Origin: Trichoplax sp. H2
Lineage: Eukaryota
Direction: 5' to 3'
Assembly: GCA_003344405.1 (NCBI GenBank)
Contig: NOWV01000024.1
Location: 434,001 to 498,000 of the forward strand
DNA length: 64,000 nucleotides
Made by a program: the position numbers and the translations under genes. Of the stretch, positions 1 through 14,161 are shown in pieces. How positions within the stretch are numbered: the stretch's first letter is position 1; the number at the start of each line of letters is the position of its first letter. Under the pieces are notes generated by a model. The model was not told the origin of the DNA, did not search any database, and was given only the letters and a program-made list of their open reading frames with translations.

Positions 1-899
1 CTTAAAAATTAAACTCGCACGAAATTTGACTGGTTAAAATTCAATTTAAGCCAGCAAATATGTCACTGTAGCTACGCGTTATAAGCTGGCATTAGAGGTA
101 ATGTTTTATCGAATGTTAATATGAAATAGCTATCTAATAAAAAGCGAAAAGTCACCCACTTTCTTTTAACCGAGCATTGTAAATACAATACAAAGAGATG
201 GATCGATATATTTTCAATCTGTAATTTCATTTCTATATTCTTGGATAAAATTAAGAATTCAAGGCCAAAATTAATGTTATGGATTTGAAGTAAATTATGT
301 ATTATGTTTACTCAGCGTTTAAAATAGTTTAATTATGTTACAAATAGATGCATTCCGCAGTCAAACAAATTTTTATTACCTTTTCCCTGTTTAACTAACT
401 GCTGCATTATCTTCGCCGCAAAAGAAAAATTCTGCAAACATAGTGGTGATACATCAGTTTATTTCCGTAACACTTAACCGTAACCCTGTGCAAATTGCCA
501 GTTTTATAGCATACAATTATTTGCCTTAATGCTAACATATTATATCCGGCATAACTTTTAACTATTTTACTTTGTAGTAAAACAATATATAATTATGTGG
601 ACTGTGGTAATGCATAAATGGCGAAGATAGCAGATAGACCGAGAAAATACGTTACATGATACATACCGTGATTTATTGTGGCTCGCTTGCTGCTATAAGC
701 GTAGGAAGTTTTAATATACATAATTGCAGTAAGACACTTCAACAATCAACGAATGTTGGATTAAACACTAGTAATTTATTCTAACGATAAGCTATTATCA
801 TACATAAATTCCGTCATACTATACTTTATATAGCATACAACGTGCAAGTATATTAAGATTACGTAGCAACAGCTAACTATTTTAGCCATGATCTAACCG

Positions 900-2640
900 G
901 TTTATGTGAATCCTCAAGGTTGTATAGCAAAAATGAAGAGGATGAGCAACTGAACCTTTGTAACTAATCATGCAAAGCTTAAATTACAAGTTGCTCATTG
1001 ACAAGCCGCATCATTTTCTTATCGTACAATGCCTATAGTAATTGAATGCCTAGCTGATTTATGAATCACTGCTAACATTTCTGTTTAAGCAGAATCATAG
1101 CTTATCTTTAGAAAAGTAACATAAGTTGTATTGGACATAAATTAGTTATTAAACGCCTTGAGATCAGATAACGGTACAGCACTATCGTAAATAAGGAGGT
1201 TCAAGTGATTTTATTGATCGACGTTTGTTTAGATTTACTTTCTGGTTAACACTGTATAACGATGACGTATGTGAAATCAAGCGAATAGACGAGCACAGAT
1301 ACTATACTTATAACATAACAAAGGTACCCAGGATACGTTATCGTAAGGTTTTACAAACAGTATATCAATAATATTAATCAGCCATGGTCAATTTAATTGA
1401 CTGACAGAATAAGATCCGAAAGATTAGTCACATCATTTAATTAACATTAATCTAGTAGGGTAGTAGTAGCCAGCTGGCTAATAAATTCACAAGTATTTCA
1501 ACCAGACTGAATTTACCGGATAAATATCACTTGCAATCCGACGTTGCAAAGGAATGATCGATAGATACAAATAGTTGTATATTCTTACCGAAAACCCTCC
1601 TTTGATACATCTCTTAGTAATTCCGTCTTATGCGTTGGATCCAATGTAGTTTCTGATAAATCTTCCTTTGAATTTCAAGTAGTGATGATATAAATGAAGG
1701 ATCTTGACTTAAGAATAATGCTGCAGTGAACAATAATGAAAAAAACTTTAAGATATAGTCATACTGCAGGTAAGTTGATGTACCGTAGTTGAATAATGAC
1801 ATTTAATAATACCGATATACCATCAGATAATTCCAACAACCGTTTAGGTTAACTTAAAGAAATACGCTACGAATAATTTCCATTTCTGTAATAGAAGTAC
1901 CGAAAATCCGACTATATTCTCTTGCGAAGTATTCACTTACGATAACATCAACTGTAAGACTTGGTTACACCAGTAGTGTTAGCGTTAATGTGACTTAACA
2001 TCACTTCTATACACCAAGATACAGTATTTGGATGCTTTATGCAGCTAAATATCTCATTACCGCAACATTGCGAAGCTTTTTACGACACAATTATCAAAGC
2101 TCTACTTTGATAGGGTGTATAAACAAATTTAATAGTACCATATCATGTCACTGAATCATAGCCCGATTGTAAAGCAATATTTAAAGTTATTAGCGATCGA
2201 AATATTACGTATTCAATCAACAAAATAATACAATTCATCTGTTTAACAAGGACTTCTCTGTATCCGCATGAAAGTTTCAAGTGTAGATAACACAAACAAT
2301 AGTAAATTGTTTTCCATCTACAACGTTCAAGCGCTAGTTTAAGACCATTTTCTGATGTAATCGATTTAACTCTGATTGCGTCTCAACATTCTATTCGAGT
2401 GTCAGGCTGTAGCTTATGTACTTCTTCTAAGGTTATATTAGGCTTGGATGGTAACTCTCCTCATAATATGCGTATAGTGAATATTTCTATTAGACCAGAT
2501 GATTTTCTAACTTCAGAATTAACTTTCTTTCTCGCTGAAGAATTTATACTAGCTGATGATGAACACATAGTATTATCGCTTGATGAGGTTTGCGTGTTTG
2601 GCTAGTATTAACTATAATTATATAATTATCAGTCGTTGTT
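900..2640 (-). pseudogene. Degenerate tandem paralog of the adjacent DUF4062-STAND-TPR gene
   Basis: Nucleotide similarity in the same orientation and order to exons of the 3889-14161 gene. ~2240-2500 matches exon 1 (tgtttaacaaggacttctctgtatccgcatgaaa vs tgcttaacaagaacttccctctccgcatgaaa). ~1870-1935 matches exon 4 (AREYSRIFGTSITEMEII vs AREYGWIFGTSITEMEII). ~1589-1725 matches exon 5 (ALFLSQDPSFISSL vs ALFLIRDPSFISSL), then frameshifts. ~905-960 weakly matches exon 7. Indels and stops throughout. Confidence 0.8.
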
Positions 2641-3888
2641 TTTGCAACTTGAGGTATATTATTTTCTGTTTGATTAACTACCGTATCTATTCTTAGAAGG
2701 AATTGGCGGCACGTATTGTGACCTATTGGGTATAAATCATGAATGATTATAGGCGACAGCTCTTCATAGAGTTAGATAAACCAAAGTCTAAATAAGTAAA
2801 AGCGAATCTTTTATGAGCACTGCTAGCTCATTTTTAAATATTTTCAAGACATTCTATTACAAATCGATTTCTGTAAAATGCTATGATCTAATAGGAATAT
2901 TTCGGATATGTTGCTGTAAATCAAGTACAGAAGAAGTCGATAAAACTATCATAAATACTAGAATCGGCTTGCACTAAAGTATTTTCAATCCTTAAATTAT
3001 TGTATTACGTTAAGTTTCTGATGACAGATCGACACATAGTAATAAAATGATAAATTAGGCATACAAATGTAACTTTAATTTTGAACTTCACTTACTAAAA
3101 AGGTTAGCTAAATAACAATTAATGGTTTATTCGACAATTAATTCAAGAGCGATATCGAATTGACAATGTATAATTTCAGCAAATGCTGGATAATTTCTGT
3201 TAATAAATATTCCATAGGAATTTACAATTAATTGATGTTATTAGGTTAACATTTACAAGTAATTATGTACGTAAGAAATTTAACTTATCAATACGTCTTT
3301 GCAAGTTATGCTAATATTTAGCTTCCACAAAAAAGCATGTAGTTCACAATTTAAAAAATTGAATTGAATCATGTAGTTTCAAGGAGATAGTTTTATAGAA
3401 TAATGGCACTTTATAGGTGAATAACATATTGAATAAAACAATTTCGAAGATGCTTGATATAAATAACCATATGGTATTAACTCAAAATGATAGTAAATTG
3501 TATTACAGTAAATAGTATATTATTGATAACGACCGTAACTGCAAATACTATAGTTAGTATTTATGTCACCGTCCTATCAGTTAGACTTGTATCAAAATAG
3601 CTACTAGCTGCTATCATTATACAATAGAATTAATCAAAAAATTTACTATCTGCTAGTAACGGATTTATAGAAAGTAAACAAGAACTGGTAGCAATGATTA
3701 AACAGCTAATTAGATTATTCCAATCTAAAATCCAAATAAAGATCAATAAAACCAATCGTATGGTTATCTACTACTCTATATAAACTGTCATCCTTGATTT
3801 TTGACAACATAATATAGCATTGTCAGCTAGAAATTAATGAATGAAAGTTCATATTGCGTAACGCAAGGTATGAAAAAAATGCATGGCA

Positions 3889-6800
3889 TTATGCGTCTTG
3901 CTCTTGCTGCAATTCCAAACGTTCAGCAATGATTCGAAATGCGGGCTCATCAAGAACCGCTTTAACACGTAATGTAGATGGATGTGTTGCTCCAACAATC
4001 TATGGAAGCAATAAAAGCCTCTGAGTATAAGAGCACTGTATCTTAAAAAACAGCGGTTAAAATGCCATCATTCGTCAAAATTTTTTAAAACTTAGTTGCA
4101 ATTACAGTTCAAACTATTTATATAATAAATATCTTTTAGTATACCTCACAGCCTATGTTGTAAGATCTCAAATAATATTGATATGATTCCTCTTTATCTT
4201 CGTATTCAATAGCGATTCCCATATTAAATACTATTCTGGATGTTAATTTATGATTTTCGCCATAAGCTTGGAGACATAAATCAAGTGCTTTACGGTATAG
4301 CTAAAATATAACGATGTAGTGTTGATTAGATTCTAGCTATTAGTACGCGTATAATAGACAGTAATGCTATTTCAACTGGTACTAAAAAAAGCTGTACTAC
4401 TCCATTAAAATATGATATTAGCAGGAGTATAGGGTCGGCTAATAGCTAATATTTTGCATAACTAAAACCTCAAAGAAAACTATTCAATAAAAGTAAAACA
4501 AGAATAAATTACCTTCATTTGTAAATCGATTCTATTTTGACTGACAAAAGCAGCCATGTTTTGGTATGCTTCTGCTAAATGCCCCACGTCTCCTAACTTT
4601 TGCAACAATTTCAGTAGTAAATACTTGTGGTTCATCAACGTGAAAATGGAAATATAACTTTCCAACTCTAAATAATATTGCTAAGCTAACCTGCTGAAAT
4701 AGCTGTATAGCATTGTTGCAGTGCATTTCGCATTTTTTAATACCGTCCTTAGCGGTAAGACCTTCATATGTTATACGCGCTTGACTAAACGCGCCATAGT
4801 GAAACGATACTAGAAGCTCTAGTAAGCCTAAATGATACTATATAGTAATAAGAAATATAGATTATTAATAATTTAGACAAGAAAAAAAGAGGATAATCTA
4901 TTGCAACATCCTAGCAGTATAAATAAATTGGCATCTTAAAGCTATTCCTGTAAACGCAAATGTTGCGATATTGAAATGAAATAACGCTACTAAAAATATT
5001 GTGTAGGTAAATATAAAAGTATTAAACGCAATCGATTCTGATATCCTTACAACAGACATTGGTCAATACCAAAATCAATTTTGATATTAATCAGGACACA
5101 TCCTGAATTATTATTAATTAATAATATGTACTATTTTTGGTCCAAAAATCATTTTGCTGACCTTATTATCATCACCGGTGAGATTTTTACGAAATGAAAT
5201 TGCTTTTAAGCCGGTCTGCACTATTCGATAATGTTCTCTCCCTCCTGCAGCGGTTATAAATTCAGCTAACTTTTTTTTCTAGGGAAATCAAATAAAATAA
5301 ATTAATAAACAATTTTACTTTTATGCTTGCGTTGAACTTAAGGCCAAGAGGGTTGTCAGAAAAATCTCTTGCAGTCCACGATGAATCAGACAGTACCTCG
5401 CTTAAAATATCAGTTAGTAATTCGAATTGATTGGCTAATTTTTCTTTTCTTGCACCAAGAAAATTTTCTTCCATATCAATTGCTTCCATGATTAATTTTT
5501 CCGCTTCCGTATGCTGTCCGGCACGACATCTGAATGAAAATATTTCCAAAGCATTAAGTGAACTATAATTAAGTTTACTGTTAAAGTAACAACGCGTGAT
5601 TGAATCTAAAGCCTTACAGAAAGCGAGATACTAGCCATTTCTTGTCGGCAATTTCGTTATCTGTTGCATGCGTTGCTAACTGCTCTAATGCTTGGACGTA
5701 TAATGTTGAGGCGGTTACATAACCACCAGCCTAATAAGAAATGAAAATACTTTGACACTGTACTAATGGAATTGTGTAAATATTTTTTGCAATATATTAA
5801 ACAAATTATTGTAACTTAAATGTATTCAACCTTGCGCCATGATCTCAACAATTCAATGTTGTGTTCGTCAGCAGATAGTTTCTCGAATACAGGCCACTCC
5901 AGTAAACAGCGTGCTAAACGACTATGATCCAGCAACTTTTCCAAATGATATGGTAATTCCTGTTGATAAATATCCATTTTATTAGTACAGGGCACTGGAT
6001 TATCAAATTTCTATTATTATAGTAGAATAATTTCATTTTTGGTTATCACTTCTCACATGGATTTAAATAAATATTAGGGAAGAAACATACGAGAAATACT
6101 TGGTACGATGATATACCTCAGCTTTGCGATCCTGATTTTCGACTTGTTCAAAATATTCTGCTAATTTTCCATGCCAGTAGGTGTATAAATATTGTCGATA
6201 ATCATCAGAACCAACTTTAAAGTATCTAAATACATAATGATAACACAATATAGTATCACCGACTAGAAAAGACATGGGAGGATTGATGAGATATATCAAC
6301 ATTTACATTTACATAAATTAGATAAAATATAACCATCAATAATTTTTGCAGGCAGCGTAATACATCTTACTGTATTCAGATAGAAAAATATACTAACTTT
6401 CTTCTCACGGCTTTACTCATTGCTCGATGATAGAAATCTAGTCTTCCTTCACCGCTGTCTCCGCAAGGTCGAAGAAACGGTTTCAAAGATCGAAATACTA
6501 CAGCCCATTTTGCGGCAGGTAAAGGTTGCCGCTGTTTTTTAGAAGATTTGCTGGTATCCTTATCTTAAGTTGGGTAAAATGTCGGTTGAAGAACATAGTA
6601 AAATATTGCGGCACATTAGGATGACTTAAAAGAGGTGAAAAGCAACATTACTTAAATTATTATACCTTTATCGGTATCTTCAACATCGACTGTTTCATCA
6701 AAGTCCGTCTTACGGTATGTTTCTTCTACGGTAACATGCAGACGTTTTGATAAATCATTCGCTAAGCCAGTATCAACGTCTTCCTTTGTATTCAAGGCAT

Positions 6801-9800
6801 TCGTTTCACGGTCTTTACTAAGATACTGTTCTTCAGTTTCTGGTTTTAATGTCTCATCTTCTCCTAACAATTCTAATAACTCTCTTTCCAGCAATCCATG
6901 GCGTGAACATTCAAGAAAGCATAATGTTGCTACCATCAAATGACCACCGCTTTCTTCCTCAAATCGAGTGAGAACTTGCTCTAATAATCTGCGAATAATA
7001 TGAAAATCTCGATTTCGTAATGCAATTAAGTTGAAAAAGTCTTTAATATCCATTTATTCTAATGATAATGATGGAAATACGTATATCTATACTTAAACAA
7101 GACTCTTCTTCCTATGAACTTACTCTAGTAAACCGTCGGCAAGCCCTTTAATCATTTCCGTTACTTTACTAAACAAACCAAAGACTCGTAATTCCTCACA
7201 GGCAATCGATAACCATAACGGATTAGCTGATGCTTCTTTAGCTAGCAATAAATCCATTTGCGTAGTATCTAATCTCTTGTTAAATTTGGTTAAAACTTGA
7301 TCTACAATTTCCTAATTTGTTTGAAATGAGAATATAAATAAGTGCTAAAGCAAGCCTATCGCATTCTCTTAAGACTTATCAAAATTTCTTAGGAATTATT
7401 CATTCTAGCTAAAATGTGAACGGATGAATATTAAGGGAGATATACCCGTCTACTATCCGTGTCTAAAGGACCGCATAAAATTTCTTTTGGGTGGTTCGAT
7501 CGGCTTGCTAAACTTCGATGACAAGGAGTATCATTGATGACAGAGCATACAATTCTAACATTATCTGATAGTACAAGCGGCAACCAAATAACTTGTTCAG
7601 CCTCTTTTGTCTTATCAAGCTGTTAATGATAAATTGCAAAATAATACATATAACCTACATTATTGATAGTATAAAATTGATAAATTTTTCTTATGCTAAA
7701 TCGTAAATTTTAACTTCTTCTATCCTATTTTGCTATTACTCACCTGATTTAAAGCATCAAAAAATAAAATAGTCGGTTCTAGATTTTTACTGCTTAATAC
7801 GGTATTGGATAAGCGAACTAAAGATTCTGTATCCGCTGGTATTTCACCCTGCGATACGGGTAGAAGAAAATCATGAATATTGTTAGAAAACTGCTATTAA
7901 ATTAAGATTAGATTGCAATGATTAGGAGGGTATAAGGTACTTCTTTGCAGAAATCGGATAACTTCAGTTTTTCTATTTCTCATTCTATCATTTTGCACCA
8001 ATTCTGCTTAAAAAATGCCTGAAACAAATAAAACTTACCACATATTTCAATTCTTTCAACATTCGTTGTAGCATGAAACCAAGGTCGGTAGATCCGGGAG
8101 CAGCACCAATAAAGTGATAGAAAACATTCCAGCCTTTATTGCTACCTCTTCATGCATAGAAAGAATGCAGAATCAAATATTAGCCTAGGTTGGCAGTGGA
8201 GTGTTGTAAGTATCGATTTTTATGGCTACTCAAGAAGATAGACAGACTAGACTTAATGCAATGAATAGATGAATTACAGAAATTATAAGATTATAAGAAA
8301 GTAAAGTAATCGTGTAAATAACTGAAAAGAGGGTAGATTGTATAAGTATAAGCATAATATACTATAGGAAAAAATAAAATACTCTAGTATTAAATTAGTT
8401 ACAGCATTGCAGAAATTATATCATCGTAATAGCTTAGCCTGATCGATATCATACTTATTAGCTTAAATCAATAAGGAATTTATATTTTTCTTGCAATTTA
8501 AAATTTGAAAACAGAATTTTAAGCGATATTGAAGGAATAGATTTTTGCATATTACCTTGGAATATCGTGATTAAGAGCTTTATTGACAGTCGTAGCAGCA
8601 CTCCTAGCAATTACAGCGCTCTTGCCAGCTCCAGCAACACCAACAATGACCAAAGGAACTCCACTACTCCTAGAACAGATATAATCTTGGATCTAATTGG
8701 TATAAAGAACATAGAATGAATACCATGTATATAGCAATGATATTTAATGCATTTTCAATACGGATTTTCTACTTTCTAAGATCTCCAGTACTACTGCATG
8801 ATCTTATCCTGCTATTTTGCATAATACGACCATAAAGAGTTGAGAAAAACACTTCAAATTGTCTCAGTTTTATTATACATTACTTTAAGAAGGTATAATG
8901 TGCTAAAATACACATATTTGAATTCTTTCAAAGAGTCTTACAATTCTTAGAAATACTCACTACTAGATAATAAACCATAAATGTACAAGCTATCGAGCAC
9001 TGAAATTAAAATATCGTTTCGTTACTTATTCTACATCCTGTGAGATATTGTCATCACCTGATCAAGCATTTCATCCCGACCCAATACTGTCGATGAACGA
9101 CTATTAAGGAATGACTGTAACAACGGCCAAAAAATAAAGATGATTAAAATATCATTAAGCAAAGTTGCTTGGTAAAAATAAATTAATCCTATCTTTTTTC
9201 CAAGCCATTACCTCGTGTGATTCTCGTAAAAGTTCTAACGGATCCATAGCAGAATTATCTAATGGATACTGATGACCAATTCGAGCCTTGAAAAAGTCAA
9301 TAACCTGAAATAATTTTTTTGTGACAGAAAAATTACCTAATTTGTACACCATGTGCAATATCACTAATAATGATGATTAATGAATCGCAGCAAGACTCGT
9401 TTAATCATTTGGATTATGCCTTAGGAATAAGTTTTAAAGCGTTTTATTACGGTACAAAATTTTGTCCGATTATTTATGCTCTTTTATTTCATTTCTAGAA
9501 AACTGTAGAATGATGGTATAACAATGCAGTAATATGATTCATAATAACGCAATCTATGTAGATAAGAGACAAGTAGCTGTTACAAACTCACCGTTTTAAC
9601 AAAGGTAGAATCTGCTCCTAAACCTTTTACACGAACCGTTTCTGTGGTCTTGTCAATTCCTTCAAATTCGCACGCGTAAGTAACAGCACGCGATTCCTAA
9701 AATTGGAAGCATCACGTATAGCTTAAATTCAAAGAATAACATCGCTAGCTAACATATTAATCAATCAATATTCTAGAGATAGTACAATGCGGGCAGCAGA

Positions 9801-12800
9801 TTGTCTCAACAAAATAAATAAATAGTAGTACCTTTTAGTAAGTATCAAAACTCAACATAAACGCAATCTAAAGAAGTATTATTATTTATCATGCAGTTCG
9901 CCATTTACTCCCTTTTTGATTAGTAAAACATTTTCTAAAATCGGAAGCGTTGTAATCACTACAAGTATGCTATATACATAGACAGAACCTGAGTGAAAAC
10001 AAGATTGTATAAGCAGCGCATTTAGGATATCAGTTATTTATCTTGCTAGTCGATCAGTATCTAAGTTTATCTAATGGCTGTAGCCTTGAAATTGAAGAAC
10101 ATTCAGGCGCGGAAGCTAGTTCAATTCACTCACTGGTTTGTTATAATTTTATACCTTCTCATTATAATTGTCAGCAAACTCATTCCATCTTATATATTAT
10201 TCTTTACACCTAATGCCCAAGCGCCTAAACTCGGGATCAATATTAATTAATACAAGTAACTTGTCCGCCTTCAACTATCAATTACTTACTATAAGTAAAT
10301 CAGTTTCTCATTGCAGTATACAATTATTAAAATCGATCGTTCGCACAAATGTAATTTTTAGTGAAAGGTACCATTCTATCATTCTCTGATCCTTATTGAA
10401 GCGATGAAAGAAATATATTGCGTAACCAATGCTATTATCGATGGAAATATAAACACGGATACACCAAAGGTTCAACTCTTTCTCATCTCCCGTAAATATC
10501 CTACTCTAAAACTACCATGGATCGCTTAAATATCTAAAAGTAAAGCTAATAAAAATTCTCGTACTAAATCGGCTGACTAATTCCTCTAAAGCTTCTGCAC
10601 CTTTCAATTACATACGTGGGGGTCAAAAAATAAAAAGAAGTTTAAGCATTTCATCGTCGTTTCACCATATTACATCAGGAATACAAAAACAAAGTGGCCA
10701 CCATAAAATGTCAACCGTAAATAATAAGATCGTCCACGATAACATTAATCAACCCATTAAATATATGATTCAAAATATCTCACCAACGGCTAGGATATGT
10801 CTGCAACAGTATAGATAGAAGAAAACCTCAAGAAATGCTGTTATTACGTTGATTCCCCTATACCAAATATATTTTCGAATTCTAATAAATCGCTTGTTCT
10901 TGTCTTTGGCTTAGTATATGAGCCACGTTAAATACAAAATAACTTATCGTCGATCGGTTATAGCATTTGTATGAAGCGGATAGTGTCGTTATCGTAGTAG
11001 AGTATGTAGTTAACAGCATCGGGTCGCTAAACACTGCTTCGAAATCAAGTCTTTCTATCAGAGTTTCCTGGTGATCAGCGTTGGCTATGATGAATAAGCG
11101 CGTTGCTATGTTACCGTATTGTAGACTGTACAGAAATATTTCAATTCCTATTTGTGATCTTAGAATTCTTTCCACATGCAAAAGTATGGAATACGAAAGT
11201 TTAAGATCTTATTTAAGGACTACAGTAGATAGAGTCAATGGTAGAACTTAAGAAACCGTACTGGATACTACACGAATATGTTTCAGTCGCTCTTCTGATC
11301 TTGTCATTCTTTTTCTACATTCTATGATATCCAAAATTTAAAATCCCATGGAAGGGCTAGCTTGAGTCACTACTAGTATTGAAGAAATCAAGCTAGTATT
11401 ACACTTAATCCTAATTAATTAACCTTAAACTGATTACTATACTGTATGATTAGCGAAATTTGCTAGATTGCCCCATTGCAGATGGTACGGAAATATTTCA
11501 ATCACTCTTTTGATCTTATTTTATTCTTTCTAAATGCTGTAATGTCCAAAGTTTAAGATCTCATTTAAGAGCTAGGTACAGCCATCGGTAGTACTTAGGA
11601 AATCGAATAATACGGTAGCATGAAGGCTAGTGCTAATTCTAATTTTTTGCGCTAGCCGAATTTGCAAAGTTTTCTATCGATTGCGTCCTATGATAGTTAT
11701 CATGTAATGCACTGTTAACATCGAAATTGCTTTGGGATTGTATTGTTAATTGCACAATATATTATTAGTAATTCAAAATTAGATTATCCCATTCATTATT
11801 TGTAGCTATTTGCATTCGTACATTAATCTATAAAGTAACAAAAATGTCGAGTTGCGCCTTAATGATTGATTACGTTTGAAGTTGCAATATAGAACACATA
11901 TATGTTACGGCCAAAATCTGAAATTCGTTCAATGCGCGTAATGACCAAAATGGGTTGGCCAATACGCGAAATTACCTTCGCAGCTCAAGTAGTATGTGCA
12001 TATTTTGTAAACTGTAGTTTATCTTTGCAACATATATCTATGAGTATCAGATGGCTTCATCAATTTAATCGTAAACTAGTACATCGTATGCAGCTATCTA
12101 TAGATCAAGTAAGTTAATTCCGGCAATCTTAACTGAAAGAAATGCTGTAACTGTTGTAGTAACATTATAAATGAATGAATGAACGATCACAGTCCATTCT
12201 ATCTAGGTTTGTGGTCTTACCGGAAACCTTCCTTTGATGCACTTCTTCAGTAATTCCATCTTCTCAACTGTATCCGCTCTAGACTCTGAGAAATCTTCCT
12301 TTAATTTATCAGGCAGTGACGATATGAATGAAGGATCACGAATTAAGAATAATGCTACAAAGTAAATTGCATGAAGTGAAAACGCATTAAGACATTGTTA
12401 ACTAGCAACCTAATGTTGTCGATACACGAGTTTAATAATAATTTTGTGTCATCATATTAGCGTAATAACCATTTGGGTTTGCTCGACGAAAAGCACCGTG
12501 AATAATTTCCATTTCTGTAATAGAAGTTCCAAAAATCCAACCATACTCTCTTGCTAGATATTGGGGTACATCAGATTTACCAGGTATCCAACCTGAACGA
12601 TGGCTATGGTTTAAATAGTAGAGATAGAAACCAATCATAACGTCAGTAGTAGTTTAAGCTTCAAAGCTCCTATAAAATTCTGCTAGCAAAGCTGTAGGAT
12701 ACCTAATTGATTCTAAAGATATACTACTAATGTAATTAATCTATTTAGTCTCTTAAGGTAAAATAGCAAAAACTTCTATGAGTACTATTCATGAGCTATA

Positions 12801-14161
12801 GCTACAGACTAGAAGAAATTGCTCTGAGAAAATTAAAAACTGAAGATCGTTTTATTACACAATTTAAATTGTTATGAAATTCAACCTGGAAAGATTTAGA
12901 AAAAATGGCCATTGATTGTCTTCATAACAGCGATCAATTTCACCTAGACAAATTCGAAGGGTTTCTTCAGATGTCGCTTCTTTAGGAACACCCTAAATTT
13001 AAATAATGGTTTATATTTATAACGATTATATAAGAAAAAATGGCTATTTTTCCACTAATATTAGAAGATATTAAAGTCGCTCTATAAATAAGTACTGATA
13101 CAAATAGAAAACATATTTATGTCTCGTACTATTATTCTAAGAAATAAATTCTATTTTGTCTTATTTCGAGAACGAAATAATGGGACACTAATGCTATTTT
13201 TTATTTTCAATGCAGGGCTAACATTCACAAATAAATAGTACCCAGCGTAAATCGCATTCGATTAAATGTAATTTCAGCTTTTCACACCAAAGTCTCAGTT
13301 CAGGAAAAACCTATGGTTAAAGTGGTTAGTTATTTATACGATTAAATAAATTAATTATTAAAAGTTTTCATCGCTATGAAAGTTATATCTAAATACCCCG
13401 TATAATTATATCAATGGTAAAGGCATTACGAGTATACTATCACATACTGCAGTCTGCTGTCAGATTGCATTTAATAATTTTTTTAAATAGCTTTAAATTT
13501 CAAGATTTCTTCTATAGTAAAAGTAGAACCGTAATTTTATCTGGCTATCGCATATCGTAATTATTCTAATGGATGACGTTTATATTTAATATGTTGGATT
13601 ATGTCTGCATTTACGGTATTTCATATAGATAGAAGTCTTACTATTTGCTAATTGTTCAAAACTTTATTATGAAATTAGTATATAATGGTATTTTGACGTC
13701 TACGAAGTATGTTACATCACCTGCTTAACAAGAACTTCCCTCTCCGCATGAAAATCTTTAAACGTCGACGATACAAATAATCGAATTGTTTTCCATCCGC
13801 GACGTTTTAATGCTGGTCGAACATTTTCTTTCGAAGTTACCGATGTGGCTCTAACTGCGTCCCAACATTCCATTGCATTCTCTAGCTCCAGCTCACTTAC
13901 TTCTTCCAGGGTTATTTCAGGCTTTGGAGGTAATTCCTCCCATAATATAGTGAATGTTTCAATTGGTCCAGAATTCTTTTTAACTTTAGTACTAATCTTT
14001 TTTTTTGCTGAAGGATTACTCTGGGTTGATGATGCAGTAGCGGTAGGCTCGGTTGGCGATGCTTGTGTTTTTTGTTTCTTATTGACAGCATTTGCGGCTT
14101 TTGGCGCATTATTTTCTGCTTGATCGACTACTTGCAAATTTCTACTTGAAGCACAACCCAT
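3889..14161 (-). CDS. DUF4062 + STAND (NACHT/AAA_16-like) P-loop NTPase + C-terminal TPR-like protein, TEP1/NPHP3/TTC41-like; about 24 coding exons
   Basis: Exon 1 (14161-13721) starts MGCASS and ends IRLFVSSTFKDFHAEREVLVKQ. Exon 2 (13310-13242) is VFPELRLWCEKLKLHLIECDLRW, followed by GVP..ICLGEIDRC and SITEMEI, which is the DUF4062 signature. Walker A is LVIVGVAGAGKS (~8620-8660) and Walker B is ILFFDALNQ (~7745-7775). NPLWL (~7215), LECSRHGLLERELLELL, LDFYHRAM and ELPYHL follow, then TPR-like exons (LYRKALDLCLQAYGENHKLTSRIVFNMG; IVGATHPST). Stop TAA at 3891-3889. GT-AG junctions are frame-consistent where checked. Confidence 0.88.
11125..11600. repeat. Diverged intronic repeat, about three copies of a ~110-140 bp unit
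   Basis: Related strings gtacagaaatatttcaattcctatttgtgatctt (11128), cacgaatatgtttcagtcgctcttctgatctt (11271) and gtacggaaatatttcaatcactcttttgatctt (11485). Each is followed by an aaa(g/a)tttaa(g/a)atc motif. All lie inside the longest (~2.5 kb) intron of the STAND gene. Confidence 0.55.

Noticed and set aside
13845..14123. Hydrophobic plus-strand ORF (and the similar 2399-2605 ORF)
   Set aside because: These are antisense shadows of exon 1 of the STAND gene and of its pseudogene copy.
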